Source: Methanotrichaceae archaeon
Lineage (GTDB): Archaea > Halobacteriota > Methanosarcinia > Methanotrichales > Methanotrichaceae
Direction: 5' to 3'
Assembly (NCBI GenBank): GCA_963803145.1
Contig: CAWDLW010000015.1
Coordinates: 128,001-192,000, forward strand
Length of the DNA: 64,000 nucleotides
The notes beneath the pieces are model-generated. The model was not told the DNA's origin. It saw nothing but the letters and a program-made list of their open reading frames with translations, and did not search any database. Of the stretch, positions 1-9,667 are shown one piece after another. Position 1 is the first letter of the stretch; each line of letters starts with the position of its first letter. Both the position numbers and the translations under genes were made by a program.

Positions 1-73
1 TTGGCCGTTCTCCTTTTTGTATCAAGCCGTATTCATACTTTCCTAAAAACCTATCTAAATATTCTTTGGCCAT

Positions 74-105
74 CTTACTAGAGCATAAGCTTACTAGAGC
101 ATAAG
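74..105. repeat. Exact 16-bp tandem duplication CTTACTAGAGCATAAG x2
   Basis: Read directly: 74-89 and 90-105 are identical. Confidence 0.9.
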
Positions 106-895
106 TTGTGTCTAATTATCTTCATGGCCTTGTCTATTATCTGTACCTCAGTAAAGCGGAATAGAGAATTAACGGCAAATTCTCGCTTCTATCGTTTAAC
201 TTACGTGTTATCTGTGGGTCGTGGATGAGTGCCATTAAAAAACGCCTTTAAATTCAATATCTTGCACTTCAAAATCTCGAAATGCTCTGTTAAACCTTTT
301 GCTAGCATTTTTCAGTGCTGTTCACCCAACGACCAATCTGTGCAATAGTAATCAATACAACTATCTCTGGTTCTAAAAACAGAAATCAAACATTATAGTA
401 ATAATGGAATAAATGTATAATTGAGCGGGTTCCAAAATTGGATCGTGTGTGTAGATTACTGAAAAATTCTTACGAAAATCGGACGCATGAGTTCCATTTT
501 GACAACAAGCATATATTGTGCCATAAGTTAGCGATTTTCAGCAACTCACTCACATACGCTATCCATTCATATATGCGGCAAAAAATAGTGATATATATCC
601 TATCCTGGATATTGAAACCGCCATGTGTGGAATGATGAAATATTTATCCAAATGGTTGCGGAAGCAATCTGCTTAATATTATAATGTATAATTGCGATAA
701 TTGCCGCCAAATTTAAATAGGTGTGAGGCATAGCTATGACCCGTTAATCCAATAATCATTTAAAGGTAATAGGCGCGAATAGGAGGGGTCTAAACAAAAG
801 GTCGTCGTATTATTTGAAGAGGTTGTAGAGGATTATATTTATTTTATGTATTGAATAATGACTGATAGATCTTGATTTAACGGAGGGTTAAACGT

Positions 896-2218
896 ATGGC
901 TGAAGCAAAAGAGGCAGGCGGCCGATGGGCACTAGTCGGCAGCGGCCTGATTATTATGCTCTGCTTGGGAGCTATCTACGCGTATAGTTTATTCTCTGGG
1001 GCTTTGAAGACGTATTATACAGATCCAATCTCCAAGGGCGGTCTGGGTGAGACGGTTTCGGCTCTAGATATGCAGCTACCTTTCATAGTATTTCTAGCAT
1101 TCTTTGCTATTACTATGCCACTAATGGGCAAATATATTGAGCAGTATGGTCCGAAAAAAGTATGCACCGTTGGCGGAGTCCTTGTAGGTCTGGGGTGGTT
1201 CCTTGCATCGTTTGCATCTTCGCCCATTATGCTCGACATATTATACGGCGTAATAGGTGGCATTGGTGTTGGAGTGGCCTATAACTGTCCCATCACAGTC
1301 TCAGGCAGATGGTTCCCCGACAGGCGCGGCCTTGCAGTTGGCCTCACAGTACTGGGCTTCGGTTTCTCTTCGGCTTTAATTGGGCCTATATCCCTGTATT
1401 TGAGGACAAGCTACGGAATACTAACCGCAATGAAGATATTCGGTATTGCGTTCTTAATCATTGTTGTAGTTTTAGCACAGCTGCTCAAATTCCCCGCTGC
1501 GGGATGGAAGCCTGCAGGATGGGCGCCGCCAGCCCCCAAGCCGGGCGCTGCAGTAGCATGTGATTTCTACAGAAAAGATATGATCAAGACACCAACCTGC
1601 TGGGGCCTATGGCTTTGCTATGTCATAGGTGCTTCAGCAGGACTCATGGCTATCGGAATTTCATCACAAGTCGGCACGCAGGTTCTAAAGGATGCAGGCG
1701 TAACTGGAGCAGCAGCTACTGCTACGATTACAGGTCTTGTTATTCCTTTCGCAGTAGCCAACGGCTTTGGAAGGCCGATCTTCGGTGCTATGGTTGATAA
1801 GTTTGGACCCAGGAACACAGCGTTTGTATCATTCGTTCTGATCTTCCTCGCCTCTATAATGATGGCTGGATACATTGGAACGCCAAGTGTAGCAATATAC
1901 ACCGTTGCCTTCATATTGCTCTGGGGATGCTTGGGCGGGTGGCTGGCAATTGCGCCATCCTGTACAGGTGCCTACTTCGGAATGAAGGACTATGCCTGTA
2001 ACTACGGATTTATCTTCACTGCCTACGGACTTGGAGCCATAATTGGAAACGTGATGTCCTCAAGGCTCTTCGATATAACTGGAAGCTGGTATGGAGCATT
2101 CCCAATTGTAGCAGTCATGGCAATAGTGGGAATCATCATCGCTTTCGTGCTGATGAAGCCTCCAGTGCCTATTGAAAAGCCTTCTGAGAAGACTGCAGGC
2201 AACAAAACAACAACCTAA
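896..2218 (+). CDS. MFS transporter, oxalate:formate antiporter (OFA)-like
   Basis: 12 hydrophobic segments; WFPDRRGLAVG and ANGFGRPIFGAMVDKFG motifs; YFGMKDYACNYG; GGAGG ahead of the ATG. Confidence 0.85.
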   Translation: MAEAKEAGGRWALVGSGLIIMLCLGAIYAYSLFSGALKTYYTDPISKGGLGETVSALDMQLPFIVFLAFFAITMPLMGKYIEQYGPKKVCTVGGVLVGLGWFLASFASSPIMLDILYGVIGGIGVGVAYNCPITVSGRWFPDRRGLAVGLTVLGFGFSSALIGPISLYLRTSYGILTAMKIFGIAFLIIVVVLAQLLKFPAAGWKPAGWAPPAPKPGAAVACDFYRKDMIKTPTCWGLWLCYVIGASAGLMAIGISSQVGTQVLKDAGVTGAAATATITGLVIPFAVANGFGRPIFGAMVDKFGPRNTAFVSFVLIFLASIMMAGYIGTPSVAIYTVAFILLWGCLGGWLAIAPSCTGAYFGMKDYACNYGFIFTAYGLGAIIGNVMSSRLFDITGSWYGAFPIVAVMAIVGIIIAFVLMKPPVPIEKPSEKTAGNKTTT

Positions 2219-2220
2219 AT

Positions 2221-2244
2221 CTTTTTTTAATTTTTTCCTTTTTT
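2221..2244 (+). terminator. Oligo-T archaeal terminator
   Basis: Three T runs immediately after the MFS stop codon. Confidence 0.55.
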
Positions 2245-2269
2245 AATTAAGAACAGAACATTCAAAATT

Positions 2270-3691
2270 CTAACAAACCTGTGGAAGGTATTCTGTCAGC
2301 TTCGTCTGAGCAGCTACGCATTTCTCACCTGGTATCTCCAAAGGGTATATGCCTGTGAGGCAGCCCATGCAGAGATGATCTGCCGGTATGCCTATGGCCT
2401 TCACAAGGCCCTCGTGGCTCACGTACCCTAAAGAGTCGGCCTGGATCACAGCCTCGACTCCTGCTACCGTCTTATAGGCCGCTATTAACTCCTCGCGACT
2501 GGCCATATCTATGCCGAGATAGCATGGCGCGAGTATAGGCGGGCTGCCGATACGTACATGTACCGCCTCTGCACCAGCCTTCCTGACCATGTCCACAATC
2601 CTGCGGCTTGTTGTGCCTCGAACTATGCTGTCATCAACAAGGACCAGCTTATGGCCTTCAATATTAGGCCTGATAACATTCATCTTCAGACGCACTGCGG
2701 TCTCACGCATATTCTGGTCGGGCATGATGAAAGTCCTTCCGATATACCTGTTTTTCATCAGGCATTCGCGGTAGCTTATGCCGGAGCGCTGATGATAGCC
2801 TATAGCCAGCGTTATTCCAGAATCCGGTATAGGGGTAATTGTATCTGCATCAGCTGGATGCTCTTCTGCTAAAATAGCGCCTATATTCACCCTGACATCA
2901 TATATAAGATGGCCATCCATTATGCTATCGGGTCTTGCAAAGTAAATATACTCGAAGACGCAGTGTGCCGGGTTTGAATTATTAACAATTTGGTAGCATT
3001 TCATTTCTCCATGATGAAGGATCACAAGCTCGCCAGGCTTCACGTCACGGACCAATTTTCCATTCAGCGTATCTATTGCAACGCTCTCCGAGGCCACCAT
3101 AAATCCTGACTCAAGCTCGCCTATGCAGAGCGGCTTTATGCCAAGAGGGTCACGCACAGCCAGAACTGTTTCTCCAAACAAGAAGACTAGAGAATAAGAG
3201 CCTGTTATAGTGCGCATGACTGCTCTGATCGCATCTTGGATGTCGTGTCTAAGAAGCTCCTTCACAAAGAGATGGGCTATGACCTCTGTATCTGAGGTCG
3301 AATAAAATATATCTCCTGCCTGCTCTAGCTGCTCTCTGAGCAGGGCGGAGTTGACTAAATTGCCGTTATGTGCTACAGCTATGGCCCCTTCTTTATATTT
3401 GACAAGAAGAGGCTGGGTGTTCTCTATGCACGATCTGCCAGTGGTAGGATAACGTACATGGCCTATGCCCACAGAACCCCTTAGGAGGTTTATCTGGGCA
3501 TCATCAAAAACCTCAGAAACAAGCCCCATGCCCCTGTGGCTGCGTATCGATTTGCCGTCGTGGACAGATATGCCAGCAGCCTCCTGCCCACGATGCTGCA
3601 ATGCATAAAGTGAATAATATATCGATTTCGCCACGTTGTTGTCATCGGGATTTCGAAATGAAATCCCAACTATGCCACAGGCATCGTGCAA
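2270..3691 (-). CDS. purF: Amidophosphoribosyltransferase
   Basis: N-terminal CGIVG, LQHRGQE, GHVRYPT, HNGNLVN, PRPP motif LVDDSIVRGTTS, Fe-S cysteines. Confidence 0.97.
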   Translation of the reverse strand: MHDACGIVGISFRNPDDNNVAKSIYYSLYALQHRGQEAAGISVHDGKSIRSHRGMGLVSEVFDDAQINLLRGSVGIGHVRYPTTGRSCIENTQPLLVKYKEGAIAVAHNGNLVNSALLREQLEQAGDIFYSTSDTEVIAHLFVKELLRHDIQDAIRAVMRTITGSYSLVFLFGETVLAVRDPLGIKPLCIGELESGFMVASESVAIDTLNGKLVRDVKPGELVILHHGEMKCYQIVNNSNPAHCVFEYIYFARPDSIMDGHLIYDVRVNIGAILAEEHPADADTITPIPDSGITLAIGYHQRSGISYRECLMKNRYIGRTFIMPDQNMRETAVRLKMNVIRPNIEGHKLVLVDDSIVRGTTSRRIVDMVRKAGAEAVHVRIGSPPILAPCYLGIDMASREELIAAYKTVAGVEAVIQADSLGYVSHEGLVKAIGIPADHLCMGCLTGIYPLEIPGEKCVAAQTKLTEYLPQVC

Positions 3692-3701
3692 CTTCAGACA
3701 C

Positions 3702-3872
3702 CTAGTAGCCGGCTTTTCTCATCCACTTATAGCTTCTAAGCTTTGTAGTCTTTCCAAAGCCGCATTTTACGCATATCTTTCTTTTAAAGTTGTACGAGAT
3801 ACTGCCACAACGCCTGCATCTGACATGAGATCTCTTGTGGCGCCTGCCCATTGATGGAGTACCCTTTGTCAT
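3702..3872 (-). CDS. rpl37e: 50S ribosomal protein L37e (56 aa; absent from the ORF track)
   Basis: Hand translation MTKGTPSMGRRHKRSHVRCRRCGSISYNFKRKICVKCGFGKTTKLRSYKWMRKAGY; CxxC..CxxC zinc ribbon; usual Lsm-L37e-purF order. Confidence 0.96.
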   Translation of the reverse strand: MTKGTPSMGRRHKRSHVRCRRCGSISYNFKRKICVKCGFGKTTKLRSYKWMRKAGY

Positions 3873-3883
3873 CTAGAAACACC

Positions 3884-4138
<255 letters not shown>

Positions 4139-4192
4139 TCAAAATTAGACTTGCACGTTGCGTATTTAAACCTATCGGGATACTTATTGATC

Positions 4193-4672
4193 ATGAGGAT
4201 AAAATCCAGGCACCATCTTAGAGGCAGCCAAGCTAAGAATATTGTTAGTGCATTATCGCCTTTTCTCGATGATGCATCTGTCCTTCAAAAGGCATCCTTT
4301 GAGCAGGCTGAATCCGATGAAGGCAAAAATCTAATTTTCGTGAACGGAAAGCCTCTGGTAATGCTCATAGACGGAAGGCCATTCTTTACAGTCCTTGGTG
4401 CAATTGAACTATCGCCTAAGAAAAAGCTGGTCATGGTAGACTCTGGTGCAGTGCAGTTCATAGTGAATGGGGCAGATGTAATGAGCCCTGGCATAGTTTA
4501 TGCCGATCCCGAGATAGCTGCAGGGGATCTTGTGGTAATACTGGAGGAGAAACATAAGAAACCTTTAGCTATAGGCAGAGCTCTGATACCAGGGAGCGAG
4601 ATGAGAGGGTCAGGCAAAGCAGTAAAATCACTGCATCATGTGGGAGATCAGGTCTGGAAGGGCCTTGAGTAA
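4193..4672 (+). CDS. PUA-domain RNA-binding protein (MCT-1/Tma20-like)
   Basis: VDSGAVQFIVNGADVMSPGI and KPLAIGRAL..GKAVKSLHHVGD; ATG at 4193. Confidence 0.9.
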   Translation: MRIKSRHHLRGSQAKNIVSALSPFLDDASVLQKASFEQAESDEGKNLIFVNGKPLVMLIDGRPFFTVLGAIELSPKKKLVMVDSGAVQFIVNGADVMSPGIVYADPEIAAGDLVVILEEKHKKPLAIGRALIPGSEMRGSGKAVKSLHHVGDQVWKGLE

Positions 4673-4721
4673 GCGCTTAACTAGGAAAACGATATTAACC
4701 ATTGAGCGGAGGGGTAGCAAT

Positions 4722-5606
4722 ATGTATGAAGATATAGGGCAGCTGATTGGGGAAGGATTCAGCACATGGAGGAATAATCTAAATCTATGTATACCTTTTT
4801 TGCTCAATGTTATATTCTCAGCCTTGGCAATAATTCCTTTGATAGCAGTAGTCATATTAACTTTAGGGATGACGAATATAGAATCTCTTTCCTATGAACA
4901 GCTTATCTCCAAGATAATGGATTCTCTGCCCAGCTTAATCTCGGCTTTTCTCGTGACCATTCTGTTGATCACTATTGTCAGCTCCTTCTTCGAGGCAGGG
5001 GCAATAGGCATGGCTAGACAGGCAGCAGAGACTGGAAAGGCCCAAGTTGGATCAATGTGGGTCTCGGGGAGGAAGAACTTGCGGAGCATGTTCCTCATGT
5101 CGATTCTAGCAGGCCTTATAACCATAGCAGGAGTTGTATTCCTTCTGCCAGGTATACTTACGCTGCCCCAGCCAATTACGCTGCAGAACTACTCCCCCGG
5201 GCCTCAGACAATCGGCTTGCTGGCCCTAGGGTTCATTCTTCTGATCATCTATGCCGTTATTTTATCTATAGTTCTGGCGATAGCGCCTTATGCTCTGGTG
5301 ATAGATAATCTTGGCCCAGTTGACGCGATCAAGGCTGGCATAAGTTTTTTCGCTTACAATAAATTCGATGTGTTCGTATTATGGATAGTGGTAGTAGCCA
5401 TATCCATCGGCCTAGAGACGATCGGAAGCTCAGTCTCCGTAGGCAGCAATACTACCGCCCAGCCCTTATCGCTCCTTACGGGGCTCGTGAATCTGCTAGT
5501 ATTGGCACCGCTTTCCACAGTATGGTGGACGAGGCTTTACATGAGCAGGACAGGAAAGATGCTATATAAGGAAGATGCGAGTGGTAACCTCTATGGAACC
5601 CGGTGA
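4722..5606 (+). CDS. Multi-pass membrane protein of unknown function
   Basis: About six hydrophobic segments; GGAGG then ATG at 4722. Confidence 0.75.
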   Translation: MYEDIGQLIGEGFSTWRNNLNLCIPFLLNVIFSALAIIPLIAVVILTLGMTNIESLSYEQLISKIMDSLPSLISAFLVTILLITIVSSFFEAGAIGMARQAAETGKAQVGSMWVSGRKNLRSMFLMSILAGLITIAGVVFLLPGILTLPQPITLQNYSPGPQTIGLLALGFILLIIYAVILSIVLAIAPYALVIDNLGPVDAIKAGISFFAYNKFDVFVLWIVVVAISIGLETIGSSVSVGSNTTAQPLSLLTGLVNLLVLAPLSTVWWTRLYMSRTGKMLYKEDASGNLYGTR

Positions 5607-5862
5607 TTTAATAATTCGCTTCAGGCAGCTTGTGCCATTCGAGCAGGCCGTTATGGTGGGAGTACTATTTCTCATAGTCTATGGCTCCTATTCCTACTTC
5701 ATTGCAGGCCAAGAGATCATGAAGGCATTCGAAACCTCACTTTATTCAGCCATACTTTTCATGTGCGTGTACTATTTCACAACTATCATAATGGTGCGAA
5801 AAAGTGCTGTTGATGCAACTAGAAGCAAGGCAAAAGGCCCTAAGGGCAGGCGTAAGTTTTAA
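5593..5862 (+). CDS. Small two-TM membrane protein with basic tail
   Basis: Overlaps the upstream stop; two hydrophobic helices; ends KAKGPKGRRKF. Confidence 0.65.
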   Translation: MEPGDLIIRFRQLVPFEQAVMVGVLFLIVYGSYSYFIAGQEIMKAFETSLYSAILFMCVYYFTTIIMVRKSAVDATRSKAKGPKGRRKF

Positions 5863-5939
5863 AGATCCTGCCTTAATTTTTCCTGATTAAGGCCAAACTA
5901 TAAGTTTCTCTTTTCTCTATTCACTCATGAGGAAAGAAT

Positions 5940-6422
5940 ATGGATTTCAAAACCGTAAAGATGAACATTCCTGATGGCACGAATATAATCCTAGGCCAGA
6001 CCCATTTTATAAAGACTGCCGAGGATCTTTACGAGGCTATAGCGGGCACATCGTCCTCAGCGAAGTTTGGACTAGCATTTTCTGAGGCAAGCGGTGACTG
6101 CCTGATCAGATTGGAGGGCAATGATCCCGGCCTTGTCGAGGCTGCATCGCAGAATTCTCAAGCACTTGCGTGCGGCCATTCGTTTGTGGTACTTCTGAAG
6201 GGAGCTTTCCCAATAAACATACTTAATACAATCAAGAATGTGCAGGAGGTCTGCAGCATATTCTGCGCAACTGCAAACCCTGTTGAGGTCGTGGTGGCAG
6301 AGACCGATCAAGGCAGAGGCATCATGGGAGTGATCGATGGCTATCCGCCAAAGGGTGTTGAGGATGCTTCCAAGATGCAGGAGCGGCGCAATCTGCTTAG
6401 GAGGTTCGGCTATAAACTATGA
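5940..6422 (+). CDS. Adenosine-specific kinase family (DUF355) protein
   Basis: NIILGQTHFIKTAEDLYEA, FGLAFSEASG, FCATANP, GRGIMGVIDG. Confidence 0.9.
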   Translation: MDFKTVKMNIPDGTNIILGQTHFIKTAEDLYEAIAGTSSSAKFGLAFSEASGDCLIRLEGNDPGLVEAASQNSQALACGHSFVVLLKGAFPINILNTIKNVQEVCSIFCATANPVEVVVAETDQGRGIMGVIDGYPPKGVEDASKMQERRNLLRRFGYKL

Positions 6423-7707
6423 TTTAGCCGTGAAAAACGGCCGAGTTTACGTAAGCGGTGGCCTGAAGACCATCGACATCTGGATCAAGGATGGGCTAAT
6501 ATCAGTACTCGGCGGCCCCCATAAAGCTGATGAGACCATCGATGCACATGGCATGATAATCCTTCCCGGCGCCGTGGATGCACACGTCCATTTCCGTGAT
6601 CCCGGGTACACATACAAGGAGGACTGGGAGAGCGGCACTACTTCCGCAGCTGCAGGAGGCGTGACTACTGTTGTAGATCAGCCTAACACAGATCCGAAGG
6701 TCGTCGATGCCAGATCATTCAATCTTAAGCTGGATGAAGCCAGACATAAATCCGTGGTTGATTTCTGTATAAATGGCGGACCTGGAAAAATCGATGAACT
6801 CTTGAAGGCTGGTGCGCTGGCCATAGGCGAAATATTCACTTATGAGCACAGTGATGATCAGCTCTGGAAGATATTGGACTCAGTGAATAAATCAGGAGCC
6901 CTTTCCACTATCCACGCGGAGGACGGAGAGGTAATAAGGAAATACACTGAACCTTTAAGAGATCTTAATGAGCCTGAGATCTACTCCAAAGCCAGGCCAC
7001 CAAGTGCGGAGGCAATTGCGATTGAGAAGGCGTTGTCTTGGGCTGTGAGAGCACATATCTGCCACATCAGCACAAACCAAGGTTTAGACCTCGTGAAATC
7101 TGCCAAAAAAGAGGGCAAAAAGACGAGTTGCGAGGTCACCCCTCATCATCTTTTATTCAATGTGAAGGATTACAAACACAAAGGCTCTTTCCTCAAGATG
7201 AACCCGCCGCTTAGAGGACAAGGAGATTGCGAGGCGCTCTGGGCAGGCTTGAGGGATGGTTCGATAGATATACTTGCCTCAGATCATGCGCCGCACCTTC
7301 CTGAGGAGAAAAAGGAGGACATTTGGGAGGCCCCAGCAGGAGTGCCGGGCGTCGAGACCATTCTACCACTCATGCTTATGGCAGTACGAAGAAACTTTCT
7401 GAGCCTGGAGCGCCTTGTGGATGCGATATCGTCTATGCCGTCCGAGATTTTCGGTCTCAGATCTAAAGGCAAAATTGAGGCTGGGAGAGATGCTGACCTG
7501 GTGATTGTTGATCCAAAGGCAATCACCGAGATCAGATCTGATAAGCTCCATAGCAGGGCTGACTGGACACCCTATGAAGGCAGAGAGGGAATATTTCCGC
7601 GAACGACCATTGTTCGCGGAGAAGTCGTCTTCGATGGAGAAGTAGAAGTGCATCCTGGATACGGCCGGTTCATTGATGCAAAAAGCTTTATCGGAACAGT
7701 GCATTAA
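6412..7707 (+). CDS. pyrC: Dihydroorotase (start uncertain: ATA 6412, GTG 6430 or ATG 6337)
   Basis: PGAVDAHVHFRDPG, AAAGGVTTVVDQPNT, HAED, CEVTPHHL, KMNPPLR, ASDHAPH. Confidence 0.88.
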   Translation: MNYDLAVKNGRVYVSGGLKTIDIWIKDGLISVLGGPHKADETIDAHGMIILPGAVDAHVHFRDPGYTYKEDWESGTTSAAAGGVTTVVDQPNTDPKVVDARSFNLKLDEARHKSVVDFCINGGPGKIDELLKAGALAIGEIFTYEHSDDQLWKILDSVNKSGALSTIHAEDGEVIRKYTEPLRDLNEPEIYSKARPPSAEAIAIEKALSWAVRAHICHISTNQGLDLVKSAKKEGKKTSCEVTPHHLLFNVKDYKHKGSFLKMNPPLRGQGDCEALWAGLRDGSIDILASDHAPHLPEEKKEDIWEAPAGVPGVETILPLMLMAVRRNFLSLERLVDAISSMPSEIFGLRSKGKIEAGRDADLVIVDPKAITEIRSDKLHSRADWTPYEGREGIFPRTTIVRGEVVFDGEVEVHPGYGRFIDAKSFIGTVH

Positions 7708-7715
7708 TTTATTTT

Positions 7716-8174
7716 ATGACAGATCAGTCTACTAGTGCGAAAGATTTTGAAAGAGTGCTTGGAAAGGCAGCAGTCGAAGCTGCTAGAACGGCTAGCCAGG
7801 CAAGCCAAGCTGCAAAAAGAATTATAGGTGAGATGACGAGCGAAGCTGCGGAATCAAAGGGTTATGATACGCCTGCCATAGATCTCATGGAGACCAATGA
7901 TGAGATCATAGCCTTTATCGCTCTTCCTGGAGTTTCCAAGGATAGAATCGATCTGAGAACTACAGAGGATACCCTGTCTATAGACGCTAAGGCTATGCCC
8001 AGAGAAGGAAAATATCTGCGCAGGGATCTAAGTCCCAATGGATTCAAGAGAGAGATTAAACTGCCTGCAGAGATAAAGCCGGAGGCGGTCAAGGCTAGCT
8101 ACCAGAATGGTATATTAGAGGTACACCTTCCAAAGCTAGTAGTAGTAAATGCGCAGAGGGTTCAGGTTGAATAG
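7716..8174 (+). CDS. Hsp20/alpha-crystallin small heat-shock protein
   Basis: PAIDLMET, LPGVSKDRI, FKREIKLP, ASYQNGILEVHLPK, C-terminal VQVE. Confidence 0.9.
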   Translation: MTDQSTSAKDFERVLGKAAVEAARTASQASQAAKRIIGEMTSEAAESKGYDTPAIDLMETNDEIIAFIALPGVSKDRIDLRTTEDTLSIDAKAMPREGKYLRRDLSPNGFKREIKLPAEIKPEAVKASYQNGILEVHLPKLVVVNAQRVQVE

Positions 8175-8202
8175 ACCTGAATCTATATATATTAAATTGC
8201 TA

Positions 8203-8246
8203 ATGTCACAGCATCAAATGATGACACGGCATCAAATAATGACAGG
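8203..8246. repeat. Imperfect 18-bp tandem repeat (about 2.5 units) between convergent genes
   Basis: ATGTCACAGCATCAAATG / ATGACACGGCATCAAATA / ATGACAGG. Confidence 0.6.
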
Positions 8247-8300
8247 AGCTTTCAATTAAAAATAAATTAAAAATTGTTTTATAAGTAAGAAATTAAAGCT

Positions 8301-9527
8301 TTACATTGATGAATCCAGGGATTCGACGGTGATCACCTGATATTCATAATCTACTGTAGTCTTCTCCTTAGGCTCAAGGGACATCTTCCACTTTAAGCCT
8401 GTTGCAGTCATCTCAGTCGGCTGAAGAGAGATAGAGGTTATTTTAGCCTCCTTGGGACGTGTATCACTGACCTCCAAGACAGCTCTCCTATCGAGATTGT
8501 TCTCAACCTTGAGCTGATACTCCCACTTTTCTGTGGTCTCCTTCACAGCATGTGATATGTTTTCACTTGAACTAATCTCCTTGATGTTCTCTGTGATGTT
8601 ATAGTCCTTCAGCTTCTTTGAGACCTTTATATCTGGAGATGGGCCTACAACTATTGAGGCATTAGTTCCTGCAGGATTATAGGGCATAGTGATTGTAGAA
8701 ACATAATCATCGCCTTTGTATATCATTGCCTCTCCGGATGGCCATGGGGACGCAAGTGTATTATTCGCTCTTATCTCCTCTATGGCAGGCCCATTCTCAG
8801 AGGTATAGGCATCCCAGGCGTATATCCTGACAAGAGGTGCAACTTCCTCGAAGAAGGGGAATGCCACTTTCTTATTCGTCTCAAGATCTTTCCTTCCAGG
8901 AAGCTCGAAGATGTAGAGCGTCTCCAGATTTCCAGTGTTCCCCGTAGATATGGGCGCTGAAGCGGTCACGTTAGCTGAAGCAGTTTCAGCGTAGTTGTTA
9001 ATTTGCGCCGCTTGCCTGGCATAAACCTGCTCGACATCCGAGGGCAGACCAGCGACCAGCTTGATTCTCACGTTCTTTAGATCATCTCCGCCGCGATTCT
9101 CGACGATGGCATTCGCTGATATATTCACAGAGTCGTTGGCAAGGTGGAGGTAATACATGGGTGCCCACTCGCCTGCATCGCCCATTAGGTAGCTGAGAGC
9201 AAAGCTTTGGGCTCCAGGATGTGTGAAGTTCAGAGTATAAACTGGGCTATTATCATAGACTACGCGCTCAATTGTAGCATTGGTAACGGATAAAAGCACA
9301 GAGCTTTTGTCTGCCAAATCTGGAATATCTACAACGAACTTATGAACGCCCTCGGTGACATCAAGGTTCCCAGCGCGTTTCACAGAAAGGAGGCCGTCGG
9401 GATAAATGGTTACAGAATCAACAGGTAGGGTTATTGCTGTCGTAGCCTCGACCGTCTCCTCTGTAGAAGCGATCACAGGAATGCAGATCAAGGTCAACAG
9501 CACTATAAAAGCTACAAGAAGCTTCAT
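8301..9527 (-). CDS. Secreted DUF4139/DUF4140-like protein (minus strand; the track labels it +)
   Basis: The + strand reads TTA at 8301 and CAT at 9525-9527, so the listed protein is the reverse complement; signal peptide, VTIYPDG, WAPMYYL, LPGRKDL; purine-rich SD-like GAGGG and TATA-like element upstream on the minus strand. Confidence 0.8.
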   Translation of the reverse strand: MKLLVAFIVLLTLICIPVIASTEETVEATTAITLPVDSVTIYPDGLLSVKRAGNLDVTEGVHKFVVDIPDLADKSSVLLSVTNATIERVVYDNSPVYTLNFTHPGAQSFALSYLMGDAGEWAPMYYLHLANDSVNISANAIVENRGGDDLKNVRIKLVAGLPSDVEQVYARQAAQINNYAETASANVTASAPISTGNTGNLETLYIFELPGRKDLETNKKVAFPFFEEVAPLVRIYAWDAYTSENGPAIEEIRANNTLASPWPSGEAMIYKGDDYVSTITMPYNPAGTNASIVVGPSPDIKVSKKLKDYNITENIKEISSSENISHAVKETTEKWEYQLKVENNLDRRAVLEVSDTRPKEAKITSISLQPTEMTATGLKWKMSLEPKEKTTVDYEYQVITVESLDSSM

Positions 9528-9667
9528 TTTAAATCCCTCGACCCGAATTTAGCTGATAAAGGGTATATACCTTTTTATATGACCCGTGAAGCCATAAGCT
9601 ACATGCACGCAATGCTTATATTGCCGTGTTCAATTGAGAGTTAGAATCTGATTACACTGGTGTTTCA

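Noticed and set aside
438-635. 65-aa ORF in the OFA upstream region
   Set aside because: TTG start without SD, no motif, AT-rich promoter-like context
6337-6411. N-terminal extension of pyrC in the track
   Set aside because: Overlaps the upstream gene out of frame; the family-like sequence starts at about YDLAVKNG
8301-9527. Plus-strand gene or invertible segment
   Set aside because: The protein is on the minus strand with its own upstream signals; no inverted repeats at the ends and no recombinase
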